This document shows, in pieces, positions 1 to 12,465 of a stretch of 64,000 nucleotides of DNA (its first letter is position 1; each line of letters starts with the position of its first letter). The notes below the pieces were generated by a model, which searched no databases, was not told the DNA's origin, and was given only the letters and a program-made list of their open reading frames with translations. The stretch comes from the human T2T-CHM13v2.0 reference genome, Homo sapiens. A program made the position numbers and the translations under genes. The DNA is taken from assembly GCF_009914755.1 (NCBI RefSeq), contig NC_060942.1, one strand, 5' to 3'.

Positions 1-1623
1 CCTCTTTGCAGTTTTCCCTCTGTCTTAAGTAGACGATGTCGGAGGAAAAAAATAGGTAACCATAATATGTGGCCTTATTATGTACAAAATGAATAAGCCA
101 TCATTTCCAGTACTATCATAAGGAGCTACGTGAGAAACATTATAGTCAAGGAGTATACACAAGCATGGAATTTACACTGGCCTCTGTGTATATGCTGAAC
201 GCTAGTTACTGATTTTAAATTTCAAGGTAACATTTTCTAACAAGGGAGACTTTCCCCAGAGGTATTGCTTCTGTCTCCCAACTCTTCATATTTGAGTGCT
301 GGTCAGGAGAAGCCTGGGTGAGGGGATGGAGAAATAGCCACTCTGGATGAAGGCTGCAGAGCCAACCTTCAGGACTGTTGTGTCTGTGAGTGAAATTTAT
401 AGGGCATGGCTGCTAGCCGCCAAATCCATTGTCTCACAGTGTCAACATTAACTACCACTGCTTTTTATGTTTAACTTGGTTAATATGTTTAGACGCTGCT
501 GGGGTCCAAATGCTGAAAATTCAGCAAACTGAATTAATCGATTTTTCTCTGACAGGAATGTTCTGTAGAAATAGATATTGCCACACCATACTGTGAGCTG
601 CTTAACACACACAGCTGAAATAACTGCACTGGTGATGAACTTGAATTTGAAACAGGGATTAGAACTCTGTGTCTGAAGGTTGGGAAAGGAGGTAGGCTAT
701 GGCAAAGTTTGGGTCTCAGGAGGGCTCATTAGATGAAGATTAAGTGAAGAAGTCTTGCCTTTCTCCACTGCCTTATTCCACTTACTCATTGCACCTCATT
801 CCTTTCTACCCGGAGCTTACAACCTCACTCTGATGTGCTTTCTGTGCTTCAGGGTTTGGCCACTGGCAGAGCAGATGAACAACTAGCAAAGGGACTGTAC
901 TTTTGCAAAAAGGAAATTATACTGCCCAACTCATCAGCTTAAAGGGAGAAAGGACACTCACTGTAGCACACAAGCTTAGTAAACATGTTGGGTCTCTAGG
1001 TCCTCCTTGGCAATTGATTCCCATCTGGACACAACTCAAAGTGTGAACTCGAATGTTTACAAGTCTCTTTGCTTTTGGCCAAGGTTGTCTTGGAACTGAT
1101 ACTTATGATACCCGAGGCTTCCTCACAACTTCCTTTTGAAGAGGTACTGATGCTTCATTTTATGTTACTTGCTTTGCCATGAAGGGGAAAAGCAGCTCAT
1201 CCAGAATAGTACACAACTCCAGACTTGCTAATTTTTGACTTAGAGTGAAATATACCTCATTTAGTATAAATTTACTTTCCAAGTTCTGTTTTTATTTACT
1301 AATAATAAGAATTTATTTGCATTCCGTGAACACACTCACAGAGAAAAGAGAGCGATTAAAAGAGGATCATCGAACATAAAAGAAAGAGGTCAAAAACTAG
1401 GCCCACATGAATTTTAAAATTTGTCCTCAAGTATAAATAATCTATAGTCAGGAATTCACATTAATAATTTAATTTCTGCCACCATTCTGAGTTTTTCTTC
1501 ATTTTTTCCTACTAGGGACCAAAAGTTCTCTATAAGAATGTCCAAGGTTCTGGAAATGGAGTTATCCTATTTGAACACAAATACTCAACAGCTAAGAGGC
1601 ATAGAAGTTTCTCTAGAAGAGTA

Positions 1624-1810
1624 CATTGTTCTACAATCAGAATGGGTATTGGGGTCATGTGGAAGGCCTATTAAATCACAGATTTCTGGCCCATACCCCA
1701 AATATTTTAGTTCGGTAGTCCGGACTGGGTCCCAAGAATTTACTTTGTCAGCAAGATCCCACGTGATACTCATGCTGCTGCTCCAGGTTCCAACTATGAG
1801 GACAACTATT
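1624..1810 (+). mobile_element. MER5A-like hAT-Charlie MITE (degenerate)
   Basis: Colinear with recalled MER5A consensus: cattgttct...gatttctggcccatacccc...gggtcccaagaatttactttgtcagcaagatcccacgtgatactcatgctgctgctccagg...gacaactatt. Confidence 0.7.
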
Positions 1811-2125
1811 CTATTAAAAGACTTATCGACATCGCTGGCACCAGCCCAGGGGTTCATTCAGGACCTTCTCTTTCTTTCCATCACTGCCCCTATTCTAAAC
1901 ACTTCCTTCACCCCAAATATTTCGGTTCATTAGGCCTGGGTGGGTCCCAAGAATTTACTCTGTCAGCAAGATCCCAGGTTATGCTCACGCCACTTATCCA
2001 GGTTTCAACTATGAAGACAACTATTCTATTAATAGATGTATCCACATGGCTGGCACCAGCCTGGTGGTTCGTTCAGAACCTTCCCTTTCTTTCCCTCACT
2101 GCCCCTTATTCTAATTTCTTCCTTC
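1697..2125. repeat. Diverged tandem duplication, ~214-bp unit (3' half of MER5A plus flank)
   Basis: ccccaaatattt... begins at ~1697 and ~1911; both copies contain tgggtcccaagaatttact-tgtcagcaagatccca, caactatga-gacaactattctattaa, gctggcaccagcc and tcactgcccc. Confidence 0.9.
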
Positions 2126-2340
2126 ACTGCCACACTTTTGATTTTAGGTGACCAAAAAAAATGATCATAGAAGGAATTTTTGTTCATGATTACTCTCACT
2201 TTCGTGCATCTAGCAACCTTAGTGACAGCTCCATGTTTTAAATTCACAAAGGACATGTAAAGAAGTTCAAACTAAAACATAGGGGCTTATTTTATCTAAG
2301 ATGCCTCAAACACTTGTTTCCACTTTTCTTATCCTCTAAC

Positions 2341-2470
2341 CAGGGATCTGCAAACTGTAGCCCACAGGCCAGCTGTTTGTTTATGTAAATAAAGTTTTAT
2401 TGGCACACAGTCACATTCATGCATTACTTGTTGCCTCTGGCTGCAGCGGCAGAGTTGAGTAGTTGCAACC
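2341..2470 (+). mobile_element. MER58A 5' portion (hAT-Charlie)
   Basis: cagggatctgcaaactgtagcccacaggcc...gtaaataaagttttattggcacacag...ggcagagttgagtagttgcaac matches recalled MER58A. Confidence 0.8.
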
Positions 2471-4194
2471 AAAAAAGAAAATAAAAACTTTGAAGGGTAT
2501 ATTGGAGTTGGACATGAGGAAGAAATACTACAGGACAGTTAAATATTTTCCTCACATGTCATCTTAAGTAGTAAGGGAAGAAACTCCGGACTAAGAAGGA
2601 ATAATCAGCAGAACTTATCTTTCCCTTTAAAATGGCACCATTCTTTCATCACAATAAAACGAGCATTAGGAACTGAATCAGGAAAACAGATGCATTCTCT
2701 TCAAAGATGTGCAGCTGGAAGAGGCAGGAGCTTGGCATTTGCATTATCAGGAGATCTTTCTTCCTTTTTTGTTTCTAAAGTGTGGGGGGAGAGAGAGGCA
2801 TGGATTATAATTGTCTATTTATTGCTTTCTTTGTTTTGTTCTTCCAACAAGGAGCAGACAACCATGTTTTCTTACGTGGTTTAATCTCATTACACAGTTT
2901 CTCTCTGACTAAAGCCTTAAGCGAACAGTTCATAACGGGATTACATAGATTGGTTTATTTTCCACAATTTTCTAAACAAGGTTATTCAAGGATAATACCT
3001 TGTGTAGCATTTTCCCCCTTATGTTCTATTTTCTTTTTCTATCTCTGCATCTCCCCCTTTCAACTTTTGCCTCACCTTCCTTTCCTTTTCCTCTAACCTT
3101 CATTTTAAGATACCTTCTATAAGAAAAGGCAAATCTCTGTCCCTCCCTTTCCCTCAGGATTGCTTTAAAGCTTATCATAATGTCAGCAAGGATTTGGGCA
3201 TTAATCAGCAATGCACATGTGTGTATTGAATACACAGGGAAAGAGGTTTATGACAAGAAAGCCAAACAAGGTTTCTTTTGAATCCGCTTCTTTCCCTAGA
3301 AATTGTAGGTTACAAAAGAGCATTGGTTTCATCTCCCCAACCCATGCAATGGATTCAACTTCAAGGGCACATAACAATTTTTTCTGTAATGAAAGGAACT
3401 TAACATATATCCAGACAGTAAATCACACAGATAAGATCCCTCAATAAAGCATTTTTTCAAAGTCACTCCATTAACCAAGTGCATCCTCATAAATTGAAAC
3501 AAAATTAAATTAATTACAGGCTTGCATCCTATAATTAAAATTTCATATATAAATTAATTCAAATATAAATATCCAAATATCAATTAATCCTTCTCGTCTG
3601 CTTTTGCACCCACCTTCAAAGAGATTGTGAGTAAAATAGTACCTTTTTGTTACATAGTTTTACTCAGAATGGAAAGACTCATTACCTTCTAAGCTTCAAC
3701 AGTTTTAAGATAAAGGCTGTGGAAATTTAGTTATGGGAAAATGTCTTAGTATCAGCTGGGAGTTTATTTTTCGCACTTAAACTTCTGTGGGGTTTGTTCT
3801 CCAGAGTCCTTTTTTCTGTTGGAACAAGCTTGTGAGTAGTTTTCAAGAATCACAAGCTAGTGATTTCAGTGGTATTACAATCACATTTGTTGGTTTAGTG
3901 ATCAAAATATATGTTTACTAATCAGTTGCCTGAGTATCACAGAATATTAGAGCTAGAAGTAATATTGGTATTATTAATGGTATTGTAGGACAGGACCTTG
4001 GAAAACTGACTCAATTAATCAAACATATATCTGTTGCACTTCTGCTATGCAATGATGACTGTGCTGAGAGGCACAGGGGCATAGGCAGGCTTTTCCATCT
4101 CATTAAGGAGGCAAGACACTCGTGGTTTAAAAGCGCAACTAGGCAGACAAAGAGATTCACGTGCAGTTGCATTTGGCTTACGCAGATCGTAAGC

Positions 4195-4538
4195 CATTCA
4201 TAGAGTTGCCTATGAATGGGGATACATTATGAGAAATGTGGCATTAGGTGATTTGGTTGTTGTGTAAACATCATAGAGTGTCCTTTCACAAACCTGGATG
4301 GTACAGCCTACTACACACCTAGGCTGTATGGTGTAGCCTATTGTTCCTAGGCTACAAACCTGTACAGCTTGTTACTGTACTGAATACTGTAGGCAATTGT
4401 AACAGTGGTTTTTGCATATCTAAACATATCTAAACATAGAAAAGGTACTGTAAAAATACATGATAATAATCTTATGCAGACTCCATCATTTATGCAGTCT
4501 GTCATTGACGAAAATGTCATTATGTAGCATATAACTAC
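4195..4538 (+). mobile_element. Tigger3a (MER7A-type) TcMar-Tigger MITE
   Basis: Diagnostic core acaaacctggatggtacagcctactacacacctaggctgtatggtgtagcctattgttcctaggctacaaacctgtacagc and tctaaacatagaaaaggtac. Confidence 0.85.
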
Positions 4539-4759
4539 ATTATGTAAATTTAGAGAAGAGAGAAATGTGAGATAGGGAATCTTTTTGAATGGTGTAAAAC
4601 TTAAGAGATTCTCTAAATTGTTAGGCTGTGGGAAAGAAGCATAATGTAACCGCCGTATTGATTCATTCATTTATTCATTTATTCACTCAACAACTATGAA
4701 TTATCCTGTCCTTGTATTCTTTGTTTTCCTTCTGTTACAAGGAGACATGTGCTTTGCTA

Positions 4760-6680
4760 CTATTGGGGTCAATCTTTCATTTGGGAACTATAGTCCTAGA
4801 CCATCTTCATTGACTTTACTCCTGTAGTTCTCACTCCCTCTTTCCTACTTCATTAATGTTTCTCTCTCTACTTCATCATTATATTAACATGCTTTGGTGT
4901 TGTCCACCAAAGAACAGACAAGCAGGCAAACAACCTCTCGGCTCTACCTGCCACCACAGACATCTCCTTAATACCTGCTCCTATTCACAGCAAAGCATCT
5001 TGAAAGAGCTGAGCTGTGTTCACAGTCTCTATTTCTTCATTTCCCATTCACTCTGAGCCCCTCTGATCAGATTTTCACCTCCATCACTTCATCGCCAATG
5101 ACTTCTGCATGCTAAATGCCAATGTCAGTTCTCAGGTCCTGCCTCATGTCCAAACATGTTTTAATGCAGGGGATTACATTCTTGTGGGAAATCTTTCTTT
5201 GGTGCTTCCCTCCTGTCTCTCAACTCATCAGCGGCTCCTGTTCTATTTTCTTTGCTGGTTCTTTTCCTTACACCTAACTCACTCTTCAATGTTTGCTGTA
5301 AACAGAGCTGGCTCTGGGTCCTCTTCTTTTCTCAATGTACATACTCTCTCTAAATGATATTCATGACATTACATGTCATTTAGAAGCTCTAATGACAACC
5401 AGCATGTTTCTCTCCAGTCCTGCCCTCATCCCACATGTTTGAAGTTATCCAACTACCTACTTGATATCTCTGCATGGATGCCTAGTAAACATCTCAAGCT
5501 CTATCCAGAGCACAATTCTTTATTTCTCCTCACAATTTTTTCTTCCTCCAGGTGCCATATAGATGGAAAACCATAAAAAACTTTTGCTTCCTCCTTGACT
5601 TGTGTCTTCCACACATTCAATTCACAAGCATATCCTCCCAGCCCTACTTCCAAAATAGATCTCCAGTCTAACTTTCTCTATTTTATGCCTAGCCTGACCC
5701 AAGCTCTTAATTGTTCTCCTGGAATATTATAATAGCCTTGCCAATTAGTCTCTCTGCTTTTTTTTTTCTGCCCTACTGTAGTCATTCCTAATATACAAAA
5801 ACCAGAGTGATCTTTCTAAAACCTCAATTAGGTTGTCCCTTTCTTAAAACTTTTCAGTCTCTCTCCACTGCACATGATAGCTAAAGTCCTAGCCAAAGCC
5901 TCCAAGTCCCTATAGGATCTGGCACTCACCTTGTACCTTCCCAGAAAAATACAGTTAGCCCTCCGTATCATGGGTTTCACATCCGTAGATTTAACCAACA
6001 GTAAATTTGAAACAAAAAAATTCCAAAAAACAAATCTGAATTTCTCACATGCTGCGTACTATGTTGAGTCTGTGTGAATGAAGTAATGTGTAGGTCTTGT
6101 ATTAGGTATTATATAATCTAGAGAGGATTTAAAGTATATGGGAGAAAGTATGTAGTTAGATGCATATATGATACTATTTTTTGTAAGGACAAAAAATGTG
6201 AGCATCTGTGGATTTTGGAATCCATGGAGGGTTCCTTGGTATCATGGAATCTCCAGGGATACTAAGGGACAGTTGTACTAGCCATTTATTTCTCAGTCCA
6301 TCCCTCTCACACTACCCTCTTCTCTGTTCCTCTGACATATCAGGCTGTTCTTTATTTCAGGGTTATGATCTTGTTGGGACCTCTTTTCATATGCCTCCCT
6401 ATAAGTAAGTTCCTATTTTACATCTTACTTCTGCAGAGAGATGTCCTCAAGTAGAGCCCCAGTTATTCTTTATTGCACAACCCTATACATCCTTCATAGC
6501 ACTTTTCCTCCTTTGCAGTTACTTCATATTTTTATTTGACTATTGATCATCTCCTCCCTTCAGAATTAAGGTCTACAAAGGTAAAGACTTGGTCTGTTTT
6601 GGTCACTGCTGTATTCTGAGCCCCTATAACAGTGCCTGGGTGAGTTGGGTGGTCAGTTAATACTAGGGATGAGTAAGGTT
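4760..6680 (+). mobile_element. L2 LINE 3' remnant, interrupted by MER2B
   Basis: L2-type motifs tccaactacctacttgatatctctgcatggatgcctagtaaacatctcaa, ccagagtgatctttctaaa and 3' end tctgttttggtcactgctgtattctgagcccctataacagtgcctgg; boundaries approximate. Confidence 0.7.
5952..6275 (+). mobile_element. MER2B/MER2 TcMar-Tigger MITE
   Basis: Terminal inverted repeats cagttagccctccgtatc / gatactaagggacagttg, TA on both sides, internal gtattaggtattatataatctagagaggatttaaagtat. Confidence 0.85.
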
Positions 6681-8826
6681 CCTGTGCACTGTTAGGGATG
6701 TGGAGATTCACAAGACTTCAACACTGCCTTCAAGTTGCAGACAATCACAAAGGGCTAAACCATTCTCCTTAGGCCTTGTTTCTTAAATGCAAAATGAGAA
6801 TAGTGTGATTTTATGATGCGTTGTATATAAAGAGAGGAAGCAACTAAAATTATTTTGTTTTATAAGATTAGGTTGTTCAGTTGAGCTTCCCCATGTTATC
6901 TCTGCAGAGAACAACTTCTTTCTGTAGAGAAAACAAAACAAACAAACAACAGCAACAACAAAACATTCCACTTGTTGCTTCTTGAAGGACAGGGAGGTAA
7001 AGCAAATGAGACAACTCTCGCTTTGGAGTGAACAGAGGTGGTCTTCACAGGCAAGTGTGGTCTTCAAACAGATTTCTACTTTTCTTGCTTGTGAGCCAGA
7101 GTTTGGAAGTGTACCTGGTCATTTGCTTGGTGTTACCATTCCACATAATGCTCTTTCTCTCTCTCTCTAGTTTCATTTTGACTGGAGAGTGTCTGCAATG
7201 TCACTTCCTGCTTTTCCCCACATTTTGGTGGCCTTCCTGGTGTCCTGTATGTTCATGATTCTTTCTAGCCCTCTCTTTTTCTTTCAGAAAACTCTGAGGT
7301 TCTGTAAAATTTGATGACTCTGCCTTGTAAAGTATTTGATGTACTTTTATGACTTTCTGGGAAAAAGTATTTTCCTTTACCCTTTCCAATTCTCATTCTC
7401 TATTTCCACATTTGAGATGGCATCAACTGTGAAAATGGTTCACATCTTCCCTTTTGCTGTGAATTTTTCCTAAATTAGAGCATTTCATGACCTTGAAAGA
7501 CTTTTTTTTCATCAAAGAGCAGAATCTTCAAAACTGTTTGCCTTTTTCTCATAGAAAATTTATCATACTTGGAAACATTCTGTTATGATTAAATTTTCAA
7601 ACATAATTATGACCATTGTCAAGAAAAGATTCTGCAAACCACTCACATCCAAGAGACTTAGCATCCAATGTGTCTTTCACTGTATGCAAAGTGTTATTTT
7701 AAACATGTCATTGCTTTCCTGGGTATATTCTGATATATAGTATTTGTTTTTCAATAAACTTGGCAGCTGGCTGCAAATATGTGCCTGTTACAAACTTGCC
7801 TTCATCTGTGTGTACAGCCATTCATCCAGTCATTTAATTCCACAGATTTCTGTTAATAACTCTGGGCTTGTAGGTCAATTATAGGCAGTGAATGTGGCTT
7901 TCTTCCAAGTTATAACCACTCCCTACCCACACCCCTACCTCCAATTCATAAATGGAAGCTCCAGAGCCCTGGGAGAACAGAGGCCTGCAAGGAAAGGAAG
8001 TGTCCTGGCAGTTTTGCAGGTAGCAGCATGAGTAGGGAGGCAACCCTAGTGTATAATGGACTCCTGCTGGTGTTATTCTTTGGAAGAGCTGGCCTGAGCT
8101 AGAACTTCTGTCTCAGATTCAGAGTCACTTCACCACATCACGTCCCTGAAGCTGCAAGTGTTATTAACATTAACCTAAGTTGGGCATCTGTGCAAACTTG
8201 TTGCCAGGTGCTTGTTGTGTACCAATGATGACACACCGGCAATCTTTGACCACCCAAATGCTGGGAAAGGATTTGTTACACTCTCTGAAGCCATTTTCTT
8301 AGCGGTGCATGGCTGAAATAGTAGATTTAAATTGGTGCAGCCGTGAGGATATTACTATGAGACAGAGGAGATCTAGGGGAATGTCTACTCACTTTCAAAA
8401 TTATTCTGTCTTTTCAAGAACTGGAAGAAATTTGAATTAATCAGGCTTTTCAAGAATCTCACGGAAGAGCAATAAATAATCTACCATTTGCCCATCCGTA
8501 TGTTAGGTTCAGTGTTTTTATTTTCTTCTGGCTCTTTTCTTATAATGATGAACTTTATATCTGTTGCATAATTCTTTATTACAAAAGACAAAAACTTCTA
8601 CCCACCCACCTCCACCTCTTTTGGTTTGGCCAAACAAGTTTCTGACACTGCTGCTGGTATTTTTTCATTTTTTAAGCTGAGAAAACAATGACTAGATCCC
8701 TATGGAAATGTGGGCATTACTAAGTCTTAGTTAGTTAGAACCTTACTCAGATACTGGAGGGTGGATTAGGGGGAGCAACTAGCAAGTGTTGTGAGAGGAG
8801 ACCACATGTAAAATATTTCTAATTTA

Positions 8827-9444
<618 letters not shown>

Positions 9445-9699
9445 TTAATAAAACCTTTGCAAGAATAAAAACAACATTCCTATCCAAATATACCTTTAGA
9501 AATCTGTTAGAAATGTGTCAGTCGTGATTGAAAGAAGATATATAGTGAGTGTTTGGGAACTCCAGGGGTTCATCCTATAAAATGCTTACACAGTGAGACA
9601 GAGAAGGGCTATGAATTCTGGGGATCGAATTCCTTACAGCCTGAATGATCTAAATGTGAGGTATTATGAAGAAAAAGCTCAGTCTTTTTAATTAGATTC

Positions 9700-9865
9700 T
9701 GAGCTATGCTATCTTAAGCATCTGACTTCATTTTACTGAGTGTCTGTTTCCTTATTCGTAAGTAGGAATAACAATAGTATTGATAGGAATTTTAGTTAAG
9801 ATAATGCTTATAAATTTAAGAAGCATAGTGCCTGGCACATAGTAAGATACATGGTAAATGCCAGA
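9700..9865 (+). mobile_element. MIR remnant
   Basis: ctgagtgtctgtttccttattcgtaagtaggaataacaatagta core-like and catagtgcctggcacatagtaag 3' end. Confidence 0.6.
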
Positions 9866-11259
9866 AATCCAAGAAATGAAGTCCCATGCAAAGCTGCTTA
9901 GCCCAAACAAAGGTGATGTTTACTAGCTTCTGGACAGACCTTTATGACGGTGAGATTTTTTTTTTTTTACAAATCTTGCAGAACACTTGCACTTTCACCT
10001 GCTTAGTTAATTCTTATCATATCTCTAGAAAGAAGCAATGAGAAGCTAAGACTTGGATCAGAAGATGATGATATTGCAAGAGGTTACACTTAAACATTAC
10101 TCCTTTGATTCATGTGGGCCTACTACCTTGTACACAGCAAGTCATCCACACATGACTTTAAAAAGCTGTTGTTTATGTAGTGTTCCAGGTGCCCTTTGAG
10201 AGGAATCCTCTTACCAATATTCTAGAAATACACACCTCGAGTACTATGCCCTTAGTATGCCATGGCTAGCTGTCCATTTTCAATCAATCCCAGTGCTGCA
10301 CCCTGGGGAATAGACTCTCACAGCAAAACTTTTCTCCTGGCACCTCTAGCATCTTAGGTCATCAGCCATCAGCACCTATTCGGAGGCCTACTTTTCTACA
10401 CAAGTTTTGGCCGGAGGGGAGCAAGTGAGCATTATACTTTTTCTAATAAAATCCTTTAAAAATAAATCCATTCATGTTTGGGACACTTTTTTCTACCTGT
10501 CATTTATGGTTGCTAATGTGTAGTTGTTATTTAATTGCATGTTTATGTTAAACATTCCCCATGCCAACATGATAGCCGCAGGCTTGACTAATAAAAAGAG
10601 AGAGAAAGAAAAAAAAATAAAAAACAGAAAAAGCTTAGAGGAAAGATGCATGAGTAAATGGAAATAAAATGGGATATTTCAATAGGAGGTCTCCAAAATT
10701 GATAGTTTCTAGGAAAACGCATCACCTTGCACTGCCAGTGGTTCTTTCTTAGCTTCCAACTAATTTATACTCTAGTAAGGTACTGTCCTTTTCTTCACCC
10801 AGCCTTGCTAATTTAAAGAATCTTAACTGGGGGGAAAATGCTAATCTTATTTTGGGCCTACCCATTTTCCCAATCTCAGTTTGATGTCTTCCTCGGAATC
10901 GGAAGGCTTCCCTGGAGCTTGGTGTGCTGGGCTTGTCTGTGCTGTGGCTTTCAGTCTCAGGCCAGGTTTTACAAATTTTGTCGCATTGGTCTGGAAAAGA
11001 GGTAGGGTGGTTGACTTGTTTTTTAACTCAATGCAAATTAATTTATGCTTTGAAATTTGCTGATCTTCTCACCTCAATTGGGAAAATGTCTGACTATATT
11101 GATTGGCCAAATGAAGGACTCAAGGACTCAAGGAGGTCGAGTTCATTTTAGAGGCTTCTTAAATTGTCCTAAATTATCCCACTTTGGAAAGCGCAGTCTT
11201 GTGACAGTGGCATTAAGGTAAAGAAAAACAGCCTCTGCTCCAGCTCTGATTAGGCCCTG

Positions 11260-11682
11260 TCTCCTTCCAGAGTCTTTCTCTCCAATCCAAAGCCTTCGCA
11301 TGTACAATTTCCCCTGGAAAAATCTCCTTCACAACCTCTTCCAAGTGACTCCCATTCATCTTTCTGATGTCAACTTCAGCATCATTCCTTCAGAGAACTT
11401 CCCCAAATTCCTAGTTTCTGCTAGGAATTATCAATCCTTGTTCTAGAGCTCTGTTCCTTTGAGAATAAATTACTCAATTGGTAAGTAAATATTCATAAAT
11501 ATTATGAATGAATGAGTTAGGAATGAAGTATAATAATGAATAATTCATTCCTATTTCTTCAACTACAGCGTAAGTTCCAAGGAAATAGGGACTATGTCAA
11601 TTTTTGCTCATTGTTCTATCCTCAGTTGTTAACACAATACTTGGCACATAGTAAGCAATTAAAAAATCTGTTGAATAAATGA
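11260..11682 (+). mobile_element. L2 3' end remnant
   Basis: aacacaatacttggcacatagtaagcaattaaaaaatctgttgaataaatga terminus and upstream pyrimidine-rich L2-like sequence. Confidence 0.6.
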
Positions 11683-12425
11683 TCCCAATGTTCAACATGT
11701 ACATAGCCCACTGGATAATTTAGTGAAATTTGACTTGCATGCGTAATAAAGCACCAGAGAGAATCTGGTCCCCACTGGGATACCAGCAAAATTTCTGTTT
11801 TGCCATTTGGGAAACACCTTGACATCCAACAATTCAAAGTCAAAATTCCTGTTCCACGCAGGTAGCTGAGTAAATTTAAGGTCAACTAAAACTGGACTCA
11901 CTAGTCATTTCATTCTTGGTTGCTCTTTTCTCCTGTTATCCTTCTTAATGGATATATCCTGCCTTCTCATGACTTCAAATTTCTGCATTCTGATCATGAG
12001 CATTCCTGTGGTTTCACGCTCCTATTTGTTCTTCTGCTAATGATCCTTATAACTGTTTTCTGCTTATTTTTATAGATTGCTTGATCTTCTTTACTAGGTT
12101 GTTTATATTTCTAAAAGCATCTGATTGATTGCACTTCTCCTTGCATCCCTGCTAAACTTAATGCTTTCTATTGCCCTTTTCATTTCTAAAGTTTAACTGA
12201 GATGAATTTCAATTTCACTTTCAGGAACGGTTTGCAAACTGTGGAGTTTTCTTTATTTCTGACCAGGCTGTTCCCCAGGGATAATTTTAATTTTTCAAAT
12301 AATTAGAAATTAGTAACCTTTCTGTCAGTAAAAATAAATAAATAAATCAATGAAAAGCATTCTGGACATAAAGACCTAAAATTTCATGTCATCCTCAGTT
12401 TGTTCATTCTTTCTCTTTCTTCCTT

Positions 12426-12465
12426 TCCTGTCCTGTCCTGTCCTGTCCTGTCCTGTCCTGTCCTG
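12426..12465. repeat. (TCCTG)8 pentanucleotide microsatellite
   Basis: Eight perfect TCCTG units read directly. Confidence 0.95.

Noticed and set aside
1538-2256. Overlapping 131-aa, 90-aa and 75-aa ORFs as a gene or endogenous viral element
   Set aside because: They run across a degenerate MER5A and its tandem duplication; no recognisable protein motif.
8225-8288. C/D box snoRNA-like arrangement (ATGATGA ... CTGA)
   Set aside because: No complementary terminal stem and no recognisable antisense guide; both boxes are common by chance.
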